64,000 nucleotides of DNA from Minisyncoccota bacterium (GTDB lineage Bacteria > Patescibacteriota > Minisyncoccia > Phycocordibacterales > JBAYLF01). Positions 10,974-20,537 of this stretch are shown here, in pieces; position 1 is the first letter of the stretch; each line of letters opens with the position of its first letter. The notes beneath the pieces were generated by a model. It saw only the letters and a list, made by a program, of their open reading frames with translations. It was not told where the DNA came from and did no database searches. The translations under genes were made by a program, and so were the position numbers. The DNA lies in assembly GCA_041664205.1 (NCBI GenBank), contig JBAYLF010000001.1, forward strand, positions 67,380 through 131,379. Direction: 5' to 3'.

Positions 10974-12263
10974 ATGAAAGAAATAATTATTGTTGATGAT
11001 CTACCTGTTGAAACTCTTGCTATGTTGCAAGCTCTATATTCCAGAAGTCCTCGCAGTGTTAGAGAACATTTGGAACAAGTTAAAAAAGTTGGACCTGGAA
11101 AATTTATGGCTTCCTTTTATGTCGGTTATGGACATAAAAGCATTGGCGACTGTGGCACAACAAGCATTTTTATAGAAAATGTGAGTATGTTAGTCGCAAA
11201 AGCTATTCAAGATTGGCTGCTATATAAAGGTCAGGAAGCGAGCACTCGCTATCTGGATATGACAAAACAGCCGATCGTTAATCCTTTAGGAACCGAACAA
11301 GGAAAGAAAGTTCAAGATGAATGGATGAGTTTTTATGCTTATCTTCTTGAACAACTTATTCCTATATTAAAAGAACGTTTTCCAAGAGAAGAAGGCCAGG
11401 ACGAAAAGATTTGGACCAAAGCTGTAAATGCCAGAGCATTTGATATCGCGCGGAGTTTTCTTCCTGCAGGCACTGCCACCTTCTTAAGCTGGCATACAGA
11501 TATAAGGCAAGCAAATGACCATATTAAAGAATTGAGACACCACCCTCTTCAAGAAGTGCGTGAAATAGCTCAAGGAATGCTTGCAGCCTTAAGAGAAAAA
11601 TATCCTAATAGTTTTAGTCATAAAGAATATCCGGCTGAAGAATCGTATTTGGAGGAAACAGCAAAGGAAATAACTTACTTTGATGACCCTTCTATTATTC
11701 GTTTCGATTTCAGGCCAAAATTCGATCTACAAGGTTTATTAAAGTTTGAAAAACTTTTAGCTAGTCGACCTGCAAAATCTGAACTACATAGATTATTCAG
11801 AATGTATGGCGATATAACTTTTATCTTTCCTCTTGATTTCGGGTCATTCAGAGATATTCAGCGTCAAAGAAGCGTTATTCAACAAATGCCTTTATTAACC
11901 ACTAAATATGGTTTCCATCATTGGTATCTTGAACAACTGCCAGAAAATTTGCGCTTAGAAGCAGAAAGTTTCATCAATAGGCAAAAAAGAAAGATTGCCG
12001 AACTTGATACAACGCCAGAAATAGCTCAGTATTATACAGCAATGGGATTTATTGTTACATGCAAACTTGTCGCAACCTTGCCTGCTGCGGTTTATATTGC
12101 AGAATTAAGAACGTCCGATGCTGTTCATCCAACATTGCGTGCAATTGCACAAAAAATGGGTGAAGCTCTTAAAGCGTCTGTTCCAGGAATTGCTATACAT
12201 CATGATATGTCATCTGGATCCTGGAATATCAATAGAGGTAAACAAGATATTGTTCAAAAATAA
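10974..12263 (+). CDS. Divergent ThyX-like (flavin-dependent thymidylate synthase family) protein; identity uncertain
   Basis: GHKSIGDCGTTSIFIENVSMLVAKAI and QEASTRY resemble the ThyX core and its ...NExSxRY motif, but the canonical RHR is absent and the protein is long (429 aa). It sits in a dNTP metabolism neighbourhood. Confidence 0.35.
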   Translation: MKEIIIVDDLPVETLAMLQALYSRSPRSVREHLEQVKKVGPGKFMASFYVGYGHKSIGDCGTTSIFIENVSMLVAKAIQDWLLYKGQEASTRYLDMTKQPIVNPLGTEQGKKVQDEWMSFYAYLLEQLIPILKERFPREEGQDEKIWTKAVNARAFDIARSFLPAGTATFLSWHTDIRQANDHIKELRHHPLQEVREIAQGMLAALREKYPNSFSHKEYPAEESYLEETAKEITYFDDPSIIRFDFRPKFDLQGLLKFEKLLASRPAKSELHRLFRMYGDITFIFPLDFGSFRDIQRQRSVIQQMPLLTTKYGFHHWYLEQLPENLRLEAESFINRQKRKIAELDTTPEIAQYYTAMGFIVTCKLVATLPAAVYIAELRTSDAVHPTLRAIAQKMGEALKASVPGIAIHHDMSSGSWNINRGKQDIVQK

Positions 12264-12282
12264 TTATTTAAAATAATTTAAA

Positions 12283-12321
12283 ACACCCTTTGAAATTTCG
12301 ATTTCAAAGGGTGTTATTTTT
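12283..12321. terminator. Bidirectional intrinsic terminator between convergent genes
   Basis: Perfect hairpin acaccctttgaaatttcgatttcaaagggtgt followed by a T-run. Confidence 0.7.
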
Positions 12322-12329
12322 TGGTAATT

Positions 12330-12881
12330 CTACATGTCAGAATACTCCGTCATTTTGTTATTAAGCAGTTCAAGTTTTACACCCGACTCTTTAAATCTTT
12401 TTTTGCTTTGCTCGCTCGCATGATAATCTTCTTTCGCCACTACACGCTTGATACCTGCATTTATAATACTCTTAGCACATGTGTAACAAGGCACCATTTT
12501 ACAATACAACGTTGCACCATCAGTGCTTATGCCAAATCGTGCAGCTTGTGTTATTGCGTTAAGCTCTGTGTGAACAGTGCGAATACAGTGCCGAGATTTT
12601 ACTCCGTCATCGCTTATCACAGTGTGCATTTCATGGCCATCTTCATCACAATGCTTACAACCAATCGGAGCACCAACATAGCCTGTGGAAATTATCCTTT
12701 TATCTTTCACTAATACAGAACCAGAACGACCCCGATCACAAGTACTTCGAGTTCCAACTACATCAACAATACTCATAAAATACTCGTCCCAAGAAGGTCT
12801 TTTATAAACTTCGGTTTTTTCGACTTCTGATTTAACTGCTTTTTTATTTATAACTTTCTTTTTTTTACTTTTATAAGCCAT
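12330..12881 (-). CDS. dCMP deaminase (ComEB-like) with a lysine-rich N-terminal extension
   Basis: Zinc-binding signature HTELNAI and PCYTCAKSII (HxE ... PCxxC). Confidence 0.8.
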   Translation of the reverse strand: MAYKSKKKKVINKKAVKSEVEKTEVYKRPSWDEYFMSIVDVVGTRSTCDRGRSGSVLVKDKRIISTGYVGAPIGCKHCDEDGHEMHTVISDDGVKSRHCIRTVHTELNAITQAARFGISTDGATLYCKMVPCYTCAKSIINAGIKRVVAKEDYHASEQSKKRFKESGVKLELLNNKMTEYSDM

Positions 12882-13037
12882 GTAATATTAGCTTTTTAGA
12901 AATTAATAGCATAATAATATCCAATAGCCCCAAAACATCAATAAAAACTTTTAGTAGAAACTGATTTGCCTTTTATGTCTACTAAACAATAATCCTGTGA
13001 AGTTTTATTATAGTAATATAAATTTTAAAAAAATATC

Positions 13038-13670
13038 GTGTCTGTAATAACAAAAAGACAAATCTTAGAATACGTTAAAAAAGGAGAAATCGCTTTTACT
13101 CCCAATCTTGATAAGTTCCAGCTTCAAGAACATGCGGTTGATATGCGTCTCGGTTTTACCTTTCTTATACCTAAACATTGGCATCTAACCAAACTCGGCC
13201 GAGAATCGCTTGAGGTCAGCCATTTCAACAAGCCAAATGCAAAATTCTTCGATGTGGTAAATCTTAAAGAAGGACAATTTTTTGATCTTATGCCTCACGA
13301 GTTCGTTCTTGTTTCTACATTAGAGTCCATCAAAGTTCCGACAAACCTTATGGCGGTCCTCTATCCCCGATCTTCAACAAATCGCAAAGGACTTTCATTA
13401 GACTTAACTGGAATTATTGATTCCGGATACGAAGGACAATTGACACTCCCTATTAGAAACAATTCGCACTCACAAATAGTCCGCCTCTATCCAGGCGAAA
13501 GGATCTGCCAAGTAGTTTTCGAAGAACTTACAGAAAAAGTCTCGCCAAGACAGAGTAAATATCATAAAAAAGAAATAGTAGAAGGAGTGCTTTTAGAAAA
13601 AAAAGAGGAAGTAGATCAAATAATGAAAGGAAAACTGAAACATCTGAAAGAAAAATATAAAATTAAGTAA
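13038..13670 (+). CDS. dcd: dCTP deaminase-family protein (GTG start)
   Basis: Pattern and length of the dCTP deaminase / dUTPase-like beta-barrel family. The start codon at 13038 is GTG. Confidence 0.7.
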   Translation: MSVITKRQILEYVKKGEIAFTPNLDKFQLQEHAVDMRLGFTFLIPKHWHLTKLGRESLEVSHFNKPNAKFFDVVNLKEGQFFDLMPHEFVLVSTLESIKVPTNLMAVLYPRSSTNRKGLSLDLTGIIDSGYEGQLTLPIRNNSHSQIVRLYPGERICQVVFEELTEKVSPRQSKYHKKEIVEGVLLEKKEEVDQIMKGKLKHLKEKYKIK

Positions 13671-13721
13671 ATGAAAACGCCGACATGCTCAATGTCGACG
13701 TTCCTTACATCTAAAAAATTC

Positions 13722-13964
13722 TTATCCTTTTTTACGAGCCAATTCTTTGGCTTTATTTAATTCTTTTCTTGTTGGTCTCCTGTCTCGATAGTATACAAGT
13801 TTCAAGATCGTAATAACTTCCTGATTATTTCCATCTTTAATCACTACGAAATAACGTCTATCGACTTCACTATAAAACAAAAGATGAACTATATTTTTTT
13901 CTTCTCGGCCAACAACCACAACCCGTTTAGAATCAATCAAATCTCTAACTTCGTCAGTGGTCAT
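13722..13964 (-). CDS. DUF4258-like toxin candidate (the conserved N-terminal FTEHA segment lies upstream of the annotated Met and lacks a canonical start codon)
   Basis: The in-frame upstream sequence KGDDFITTFTEHACRRALGGKRQRVS-MTTDEV... matches the DUF4258 signature (FT.HA..R...RGI). An AAAGGAG Shine-Dalgarno sequence precedes it, but no ATG/GTG/TTG is in frame. Confidence 0.35.
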   Translation of the reverse strand: MTTDEVRDLIDSKRVVVVGREEKNIVHLLFYSEVDRRYFVVIKDGNNQEVITILKLVYYRDRRPTRKELNKAKELARKKG

Positions 13965-14142
13965 GCTTACTCGCTGACGCTTTCCACCTAAAGCCCTTCT
14001 GCAAGCATGTTCAGTAAAAGTTGTTATAAAATCATCTCCTTTCTATTATTGTTCTGAGGATATAATACTACTGATTCCAACAAAAGCTAGGAGTAAAAAC
14101 AAAAAAGACCGGCGTATTACGCAACGGTCTTTAATATATATT

Positions 14143-14457
14143 CTAAATTACTCCTATTCTATAACGCCAGCTTTCTGAAATACCCGGCTTACAGCAAAAA
14201 TAGGCTTTGCCAATCTGATTAAATTCACCTTCCATTATTATTAAATTGATTTCCTTAAGTATTTCTCTAATAGACTCTGTTAAGTCCTCTTTCGATAAGC
14301 CTGTTCTATTCATCAAAGTATAACCATCCATACCTTGACCCTCTAATATTAGAAAGATTGTTATAATGTTTTCTATAATAATAGGAACTCTATCATTTTT
14401 TTCTCTTAATAATCTAACGATTAACATACTTGCTACCTCCATAGAAAAACTTAACAC
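14143..14457 (-). CDS. Hypothetical protein, possible winged-helix
   Basis: ORF only. The segment YTLMNRTGLSKEDLTESIREILKEINLI looks HTH-like. Confidence 0.3.
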   Translation of the reverse strand: MLSFSMEVASMLIVRLLREKNDRVPIIIENIITIFLILEGQGMDGYTLMNRTGLSKEDLTESIREILKEINLIIMEGEFNQIGKAYFCCKPGISESWRYRIGVI

Positions 14458-14479
14458 ACCAACTTAAAAATACAAATGT

Positions 14480-14522
14480 AAAAACAAAAAATCGGCACTT
14501 CTGCCGACTTTTTGTTTTTTAT
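14480..14522 (-). terminator. Intrinsic terminator immediately after rplK
   Basis: Hairpin tcggcacttctgccga flanked by A/T runs, directly downstream of the rplK stop. No rplA follows. Confidence 0.7.
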
Positions 14523-14530
14523 TTAAAGTC

Positions 14531-14956
14531 TTACTTTGTGATTTCTACTCCCATCGCTCTGCATGATCCTTCGATAATCTTCATTGCTGCTTCTATTGTA
14601 TTTGCGTTTAGGTCTGGCATTTTTTTCTCAGCAATCTGGCGAACCTGCTCTTTTGTGATTTTGCCAATCTTTTTTGTATTTGGTTGACCTGAACCCTTTT
14701 CTTTTCCTAAAGCTTTAAGAATAAGATTAGTTGCTGGAGATGTCTTTAATACAAAAGTGAATGTTCTGTCTTCATAGACTGAAATTTCAACTGGTATCAC
14801 ATCGCCTGCCATCTTTGCGGTAGCGTCATTAAATTGCTTAACGAATTCTCCAATATTAACACCAGCCTGACCTAATGCAGGACCAACTGGAGGAGCTGGA
14901 GTTGCTTTACCTCCCGCTATCTGTAGTTTTAATTTTTTTGTTACTTTTTTTGCCAT
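14531..14956 (-). CDS. rplK: 50S ribosomal protein L11
   Basis: [35 protein letters not shown] is the canonical L11 N-terminus. Confidence 0.95.
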   Translation of the reverse strand: MAKKVTKKLKLQIAGGKATPAPPVGPALGQAGVNIGEFVKQFNDATAKMAGDVIPVEISVYEDRTFTFVLKTSPATNLILKALGKEKGSGQPNTKKIGKITKEQVRQIAEKKMPDLNANTIEAAMKIIEGSCRAMGVEITK

Positions 14957-14982
14957 AAATTTGTATTGAATAATAGCTTACC

Positions 14983-15528
14983 TTATATCTTTTTTACTTG
15001 CAAGAAATCGAGTTCAACTGGAGTTTCGCGTCCAAACATTGAAACCAGAACCTTAACCTTACCTCTTTCCTCATCGACTCCATCAACTTTTCCTTCAAGT
15101 TCTTTGAATGGACCATCAACGATGATAACTGAATCACCTGGTTGTAGATCAATCTTGTGTTTAATAATATCAGAACTCATTCTCTTGAATAACTCATCTA
15201 CTTCTTTCTGATCTAAAGGAACAGGATAAACTCCTGAACCTACGAAGCCAGTAACGCGAGGGGTATTTCGGACAACATACCAAGAATCATCTGTTACTAC
15301 CATATCAACAAGAATATAACCGGGATAAATTTTTTCTTCTTCTTCAACACGTTTGCCACCTTTTATCTTTATCTTTTTTTCGATAGGAACGAGCACATTA
15401 AAGATCTTATCCTCCATACTCAAGGACTCAATTCTCTGTTTCAAGTTTCTAGCAACAGCATTTTCATAACCTGCATAGGTATGAATTGCGTACCAGTTTC
15501 TTTCGCTGTGAATTTGTTGTTTTGACAT
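14983..15528 (-). CDS. nusG: Transcription antiterminator NusG
   Basis: WYAIHTYAGYENAV in the NGN domain and a C-terminal KOW domain (GDSVIIVDGPFKELEGKV). Confidence 0.9.
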   Translation of the reverse strand: MSKQQIHSERNWYAIHTYAGYENAVARNLKQRIESLSMEDKIFNVLVPIEKKIKIKGGKRVEEEEKIYPGYILVDMVVTDDSWYVVRNTPRVTGFVGSGVYPVPLDQKEVDELFKRMSSDIIKHKIDLQPGDSVIIVDGPFKELEGKVDGVDEERGKVKVLVSMFGRETPVELDFLQVKKI

Positions 15529-15533
15529 AATGA

Positions 15534-15722
15534 TTACGCCTTAAGAATAAAAGCTTTGAGAATGTATGAAAATACATAATCAAAAAAACCTAAAAACATA
15601 GCCACTAAAATTGATAATACTATAACAATTACAGTAAAGATTGTAGCTTGTTTTCTTGTGGGCCAATTTACATGCTTCATCTCTGCTCTTGTTTCTTTTA
15701 TATATTCTGTAGCTTTTGACAT
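15534..15722 (-). CDS. secE: Preprotein translocase subunit SecE
   Basis: 62 aa single-TM protein immediately upstream of nusG, which is the conserved position. Confidence 0.75.
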   Translation of the reverse strand: MSKATEYIKETRAEMKHVNWPTRKQATIFTVIVIVLSILVAMFLGFFDYVFSYILKAFILKA

Positions 15723-15855
15723 AAAATTTTATAATTTTTCTTAATAAAAAACCCCTTCCGGGGTGTCATTGAATATCTACATATTATTACTATAACACTT
15801 AAAAGTCAATACCTTTCAGCAAACTTACTTATAAAGTAAAACTTTTCCTAACTAA

Positions 15856-16299
15856 TTGACGCTAAGCTTATATCTAGGCTATATTGGATACAGAAAAATG
15901 AAAAATTCAGAATCAGAAGAAGATAAAAGATCTTTAACGGAAGTTTTATTTATAATAACTTTCAAGCCCCAAATTTTAAGTGAAAAAAGAAACTTTTCTA
16001 AAGTTCTTATCGAAAGCATATATGAATCTTTAGTTTCTAGAAATCTCATAAAAGCTTACCAAATAGGAGAAAAGGATCAGAAATTTAATGGCATTGTTTA
16101 CATTCATGCATACAGTAATAATCAAGAATTAGTTGATAAAATACTTGTATTATACTCAGTATTTCATTACTTTAAATGGAAAATTTCCTACGACATTCCC
16201 TACTATATTCCTTTAAATTTAAAGAATAAGTTAAGTTTGTGGCAGAAAATAATTAACTTCTTTTGTAAGTTTTTTAGACTAAATTCGATATTTACATAA
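15856..16299 (+). CDS. Hypothetical protein
   Basis: ORF only. Confidence 0.3.
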   Translation: MTLSLYLGYIGYRKMKNSESEEDKRSLTEVLFIITFKPQILSEKRNFSKVLIESIYESLVSRNLIKAYQIGEKDQKFNGIVYIHAYSNNQELVDKILVLYSVFHYFKWKISYDIPYYIPLNLKNKLSLWQKIINFFCKFFRLNSIFT

Positions 16300-16437
16300 A
16301 GAAATTATTAATAAATTACCCCATTTTTTATGGGGTAATTTTTATAAACTGTAATTTTCATATTTTAAAAACTACTTTTTAAAAATTTGACAGACTTGAC
16401 TTTTTACAGTAGAAAACTATACTGAATCCAGACAAAT

Positions 16438-16713
16438 ATGAAAACAGCAGAATTCAAAAATCCGATAGTATTTTGTATAAAATTTAATACAGCCGTTGAT
16501 GTTGGCACTGTAGACAAATTAATGGGCTCAATATTGAAAGAGAGCGGTTGTCTAGGAGCATATGATTCCGAAAGCAAGCCTGATGAAAAACGCGTTCCAA
16601 GATTTGATGGAAAAACAGCTCATCTTCATGTTGAAAAAAGCCGGCAGAAAAAAATTGAAAAAATTCTAAATGACTACGCCATAATTTACAATTTTGGCTG
16701 GAAATTAGAATAA
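16438..16713 (+). CDS. Hypothetical protein
   Basis: ORF only. Confidence 0.3.
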   Translation: MKTAEFKNPIVFCIKFNTAVDVGTVDKLMGSILKESGCLGAYDSESKPDEKRVPRFDGKTAHLHVEKSRQKKIEKILNDYAIIYNFGWKLE

Positions 16714-16842
16714 CACCCTCTTCAATTAATTCAATAAGAACCTTCAAAGGACTCAGAATTTTCTGAGTCCTTTTTTTAATTTAATTAAAATCACTCGATT
16801 ATTGATAATCGAGTGATTTTTTATTTAGTTCAACAAAGCAGA

Positions 16843-17688
16843 CTATCTTATTTCATATACTATCGAAACATTTGAAGTGATCTTCTGTTCACCTACTGAT
16901 ATTTCTGGAGATGGCATTGCTTCACCTCTACCACTACTATCTAATGACATCACAGCTTTAGAATACATAGGCACTGCATAGTTTCCTCCTTCGTTAAAAC
17001 TTACAACTCTTCCTATCTTTACACCAAGATCTTTCGCTAAAATCTTAGCCTGATTTTTTGCATCATCTATCGCCAACTTTCGAGCGTTATGTTGAAGATC
17101 GTCATACTTATCAACTTCAAAATTTAAGCTTGATACATTTTGCACTTCAAGTTGTCCTATACCTGAAAGGATATCTCCTGCCTTTTCTGTATTGCGAATC
17201 TTTACTTGAACAGTCTGACTAACACTGTAACTCTTAAGCACTCTTTCTCCTGTGACTGGAGGGCAACTATATTGAGTGCACGGCATTGCAATAGCCCTTG
17301 TTACATAATCATAATTTGGATATACGCTGTAATCAGTAGTTTTAATATCTTTATCTTCTATTCCCTGATCTTTTAGATATTTTATAGCTTTATTTCCCTT
17401 TTCAGTTGATTTCTTCTGCGCTTCAGAAACTGTCTTTGCTTCTTCTGTTACAGAATAAGTGAATGTTGCAATATCTGGAATAGCCATAACTTCTCCCTTA
17501 CCAGAAACTGAAATAGTATTCACAGCTGGTTTACCAGCAGAAATATAAGGATATGACCATATCTCACTTACTGTTTTCGCAACAAGGAAAAGAGATAGAG
17601 CTACACCAACAATAACTAAAACTTTTTTAAAATGACCATGATGATGCATGCACATTTTATCTTTGTTTTCTTCGCACATATTACACAT
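16843..17688 (-). CDS. SIMPL-domain (DUF541 / BP26-like) periplasmic protein with a Cys/His-rich N-terminus
   Basis: A TM helix after MCNMCEENKDKMCMHHHGH, then ISVSGKGEV...PD and an LpxI-like SIMPL pattern. Confidence 0.6.
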   Translation of the reverse strand: MCNMCEENKDKMCMHHHGHFKKVLVIVGVALSLFLVAKTVSEIWSYPYISAGKPAVNTISVSGKGEVMAIPDIATFTYSVTEEAKTVSEAQKKSTEKGNKAIKYLKDQGIEDKDIKTTDYSVYPNYDYVTRAIAMPCTQYSCPPVTGERVLKSYSVSQTVQVKIRNTEKAGDILSGIGQLEVQNVSSLNFEVDKYDDLQHNARKLAIDDAKNQAKILAKDLGVKIGRVVSFNEGGNYAVPMYSKAVMSLDSSGRGEAMPSPEISVGEQKITSNVSIVYEIR

Positions 17689-17780
17689 ATAAATTTTATT
17701 TAAATAATAATTATTTAGATCTATTAAGTAATAAACCTATTAAGTTTTATTTTAACATACTTACCTCCTTAATATCTACT

Positions 17781-19103
17781 TTATATTATCTCTTTGCCTT
17801 CTTTGTAGTCAGAAGATTTTGAGACCATTAATCGATAAAGAAACGGAAGAAACTTTCTTTCAAGATGTTTCAACAAATTAAAGGCTAAAATAAAGAAGGT
17901 TAACAAAAATACACCTAAAGAAATACCTCCTAAAACATCTGAAAGCCATTGCGCTCTAAGATAGATCATCGAAAATCCAACGCCCACTATAATAAGGATC
18001 GTAAAAATCATAAATACTATTCTTTCCCAATTTTTAGTGATGTCTTTCCTGTAAGAATAAAATATCGATAGGAACAAAATTGTAGCCATTAAGGTGTGAC
18101 CACTAGGAAAACTAAAACCTGAAGCAGCTATCAAGCTGTTGGCAGGCCTCATAGTGTGAAAAATAATTTTTATAACAAGCTCTGAAAATGCTCCGACTAA
18201 TAAAGCCGATAGTGTTACAAAGAGGTGAAATAATTTTTTATAGTAAATTAGTGATATGCAAAAAATCGCTGATAATATAAACGTAACAATAGGTCCTCCT
18301 AAATGAGTAAAGATCTTAAATATTTCTACAGTAAAAGGGTTATAAAGTTTTTCAACAAACAAATTAACTTGTTCATCTAATTGAATAAGCCAGCCAGTAT
18401 GAGTCAGTATTCTTTCCGTGAGCTCTGAAAATATATAAAGAGAAAGAATGTTCAAAGTAATTACAGGCAAATGATATCTAAATAAAATTTCCCTATTTCT
18501 ATAAATAGATTTATAGGCATAAATAATAAGAATTGCAGCAACAAAAGCTAAAAGAAAGGCGGTTCCCACAAAAGGAGCGATAATTTCATAACTTTGGCCA
18601 AATATATAACCTATTCCTAAATGAACAGAAACCCATAAAAATGCTCCAAAAAAATTTACAGTAAATACCTTTAGAAACCTGACATGCGAAACGCCTGCTA
18701 AAAATGACATGAGTGTTCTTGTAACTGGATTAAAACGTCCCAACAAAAGTGTCTTTATAAGATGTTTGTTTACAAGAGATCTAGTTTTTTCCAAAGTTTC
18801 TTCAGGCAAATAAAAATATTTGCCATAAGATCGCAAAAAAGAATAGCCGAATTGCCTTCCTAAAATATAACCTATTAAATCACCTACAATCGCGCCAAGA
18901 AAAGCAAAAACAAAAAGTTCTCCGAAATTTAAGATACCTCCTTTCGCAAAAAAACCGGCAGCCATTGTTATAATTCCTCCAGGTATAAAAAAACCAACTA
19001 TTGGAATATTTTCCAAAGCGATCGCCATAAAAACAATCACATACCCCCACCAACCCAAGGCGGATGATACTAAGTGAATAAGCTGTTGATCTATAACCAT
19101 CAT
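17781..19103 (-). CDS. Fusion membrane protein: N-terminal DedA/SNARE-associated domain plus C-terminal PAP2 (lipid phosphate phosphatase) domain
   Basis: The DedA-like N-terminal half has multiple TM helices (GIGYIFG region). The C-terminal half has PAP2 motif 1 K-x6-RP (KIIFHTMRP) and motif 2 PSGH (FPSGH), but motif 3 is degenerate (SMIYLRAQWLSD instead of SR-x5-H-x3-D). Confidence 0.7.
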   Translation of the reverse strand: MMVIDQQLIHLVSSALGWWGYVIVFMAIALENIPIVGFFIPGGIITMAAGFFAKGGILNFGELFVFAFLGAIVGDLIGYILGRQFGYSFLRSYGKYFYLPEETLEKTRSLVNKHLIKTLLLGRFNPVTRTLMSFLAGVSHVRFLKVFTVNFFGAFLWVSVHLGIGYIFGQSYEIIAPFVGTAFLLAFVAAILIIYAYKSIYRNREILFRYHLPVITLNILSLYIFSELTERILTHTGWLIQLDEQVNLFVEKLYNPFTVEIFKIFTHLGGPIVTFILSAIFCISLIYYKKLFHLFVTLSALLVGAFSELVIKIIFHTMRPANSLIAASGFSFPSGHTLMATILFLSIFYSYRKDITKNWERIVFMIFTILIIVGVGFSMIYLRAQWLSDVLGGISLGVFLLTFFILAFNLLKHLERKFLPFLYRLMVSKSSDYKEGKEII

Positions 19104-19121
19104 AAAAATAAGAAGTTAACC

Positions 19122-19808
19122 CTACATTGATTTAGATTCAATGTCTCTTCCATAATCATTCCAAGCTAATACTTTCCAACCTTTGGTTTCATTCTTTTTT
19201 TCTTTTGGAACATATTCGCACAAAGTGATACCGGCATTATTCATAGGGTTATGAAAACTCAACCTAGCATAATCTTCTGCTGTAAGTTTTTCTCTGTAAA
19301 GCATGAATGAAACTACCATTTTAAGAAAGATTGCGTGAGTAACTATAACTATCTGCGTCTCCTTTCTTTTTGCAATAAAATCCAAAAGTTTGCTAGCGCG
19401 CTCCTTCATATCTTCAAAATTCTCCTCATCAGAGTAGCGTAGATCATTTGTGTGAAAACTTTTATCAATTAAATCTACAATTTTTTTAACTTCAGGATCA
19501 TCGCCTCTTTTGCCAACTATTTCTGAAGGATTTCGTCTTTCTTTCAACAAATCAGTATATTCTATTTTTTTATTATTAAGTTCCTTTGAAATAATTTTCG
19601 AAGTTTCTACTGTTCTTTCATAAGGACTGGAAATAATAATCTGAATAGGAAAATTTGATAAACGAGCACCAACAAAAAGAGCTTGCTCTCTGCCCTTTTC
19701 GCTCAACTTACCTTCAGGACCTTGCCTTACATGAGCAGCGTTATTCTCAGTCTCTCCATGACGAACTAGATAGATTCTTTTAGGTTTTTTAAAGAAAAAG
19801 AAAAACAT
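19122..19808 (-). CDS. Histidine phosphatase family protein (PGAM/SixA-like)
   Basis: LVRHGETENN (RHG motif), SSPYERTVET, and a downstream IVTHA catalytic His. Confidence 0.7.
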   Translation of the reverse strand: MFFFFFKKPKRIYLVRHGETENNAAHVRQGPEGKLSEKGREQALFVGARLSNFPIQIIISSPYERTVETSKIISKELNNKKIEYTDLLKERRNPSEIVGKRGDDPEVKKIVDLIDKSFHTNDLRYSDEENFEDMKERASKLLDFIAKRKETQIVIVTHAIFLKMVVSFMLYREKLTAEDYARLSFHNPMNNAGITLCEYVPKEKKNETKGWKVLAWNDYGRDIESKSM

Positions 19809-19876
19809 AGTAAAAAATAATTAGATGTTAAAAGTATATCAATTTTTTATTGAAAATCCTAAAAATATTAAACGAA

Positions 19877-19900
19877 AACCCCGCTAAATTTAGCGGGGTT
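19877..19900 (-). terminator. Intrinsic terminator after paralog A
   Basis: aaccccgctaaatttagcggggtt, a perfect hairpin. Confidence 0.7.
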
Positions 19901-19919
19901 ATAAAAAATATAGTCTAAA

Positions 19920-20537
19920 CTAACTTGGCTTTACGAGAATAAAACAATCCGTATCATCCAATCTCAATCCAAACCATGTCATGTTGAGTTTCCAATGAAA
20001 CTTAATTTGTTTGTTCCAAATTTTACTAACACGACCAAAGACATGAGGATCAACGACTCTCTTATTATAACTTGGTCTGGTAGATAAATTTCTCTCGATA
20101 TCTAAAGATGACAACCACTTACCTTCAGGAAAATACTCTTTTTTAAGTCGCCAAACAAGAGATAAACCTTGCATGCCGACTAAAAGCGCACCGTTCTTTC
20201 TGAGAAAATCCAGACAATCATTTACGGAAGTCGGAGTATTAACTTGAAATATCTGAACGGAATAGGTCCTTCCAGGCTCAAGTCTGTTACTCACTCTTTG
20301 AAAATCTTCATCAAGCATTTTTTTGGGTAAAATGATCCTTTCACATTGATCACTTCTTTTACCTTTATCTTTAGAAGCTTCTGTGAAAAATGAACTGACT
20401 TGTGTTCTATGTTCATAATCCAAAGGAATTGTCAGATAAAAACCACCAACAAGATCGAACCTTGAATCAAGGTGACTTATTAACGGTATTTCTGAAGTAA
20501 TAGTATCAGTAATTTCTATCGTTTCTATTTCTGTCAT
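19920..20537 (-). CDS. Unknown-function protein, tandem paralog A
   Basis: 205 aa. Clearly homologous to the adjacent 202 aa ORF (GGFYLTIP, LEPG.xYSVQI.QV, DCLDFL.KNGALLVGMQGL, FPEG.WL.SLD, KFHWKL, DCFILVKPS). Confidence 0.5.
   Translation of the reverse strand: MTEIETIEITDTITSEIPLISHLDSRFDLVGGFYLTIPLDYEHRTQVSSFFTEASKDKGKRSDQCERIILPKKMLDEDFQRVSNRLEPGRTYSVQIFQVNTPTSVNDCLDFLRKNGALLVGMQGLSLVWRLKKEYFPEGKWLSSLDIERNLSTRPSYNKRVVDPHVFGRVSKIWNKQIKFHWKLNMTWFGLRLDDTDCFILVKPS

Noticed and set aside
15723-15855. Looked for tRNA-Trp upstream of secE, its common position
   Set aside because: No cloverleaf could be folded. Only a short GC hairpin (ccccttccgggg) is present.
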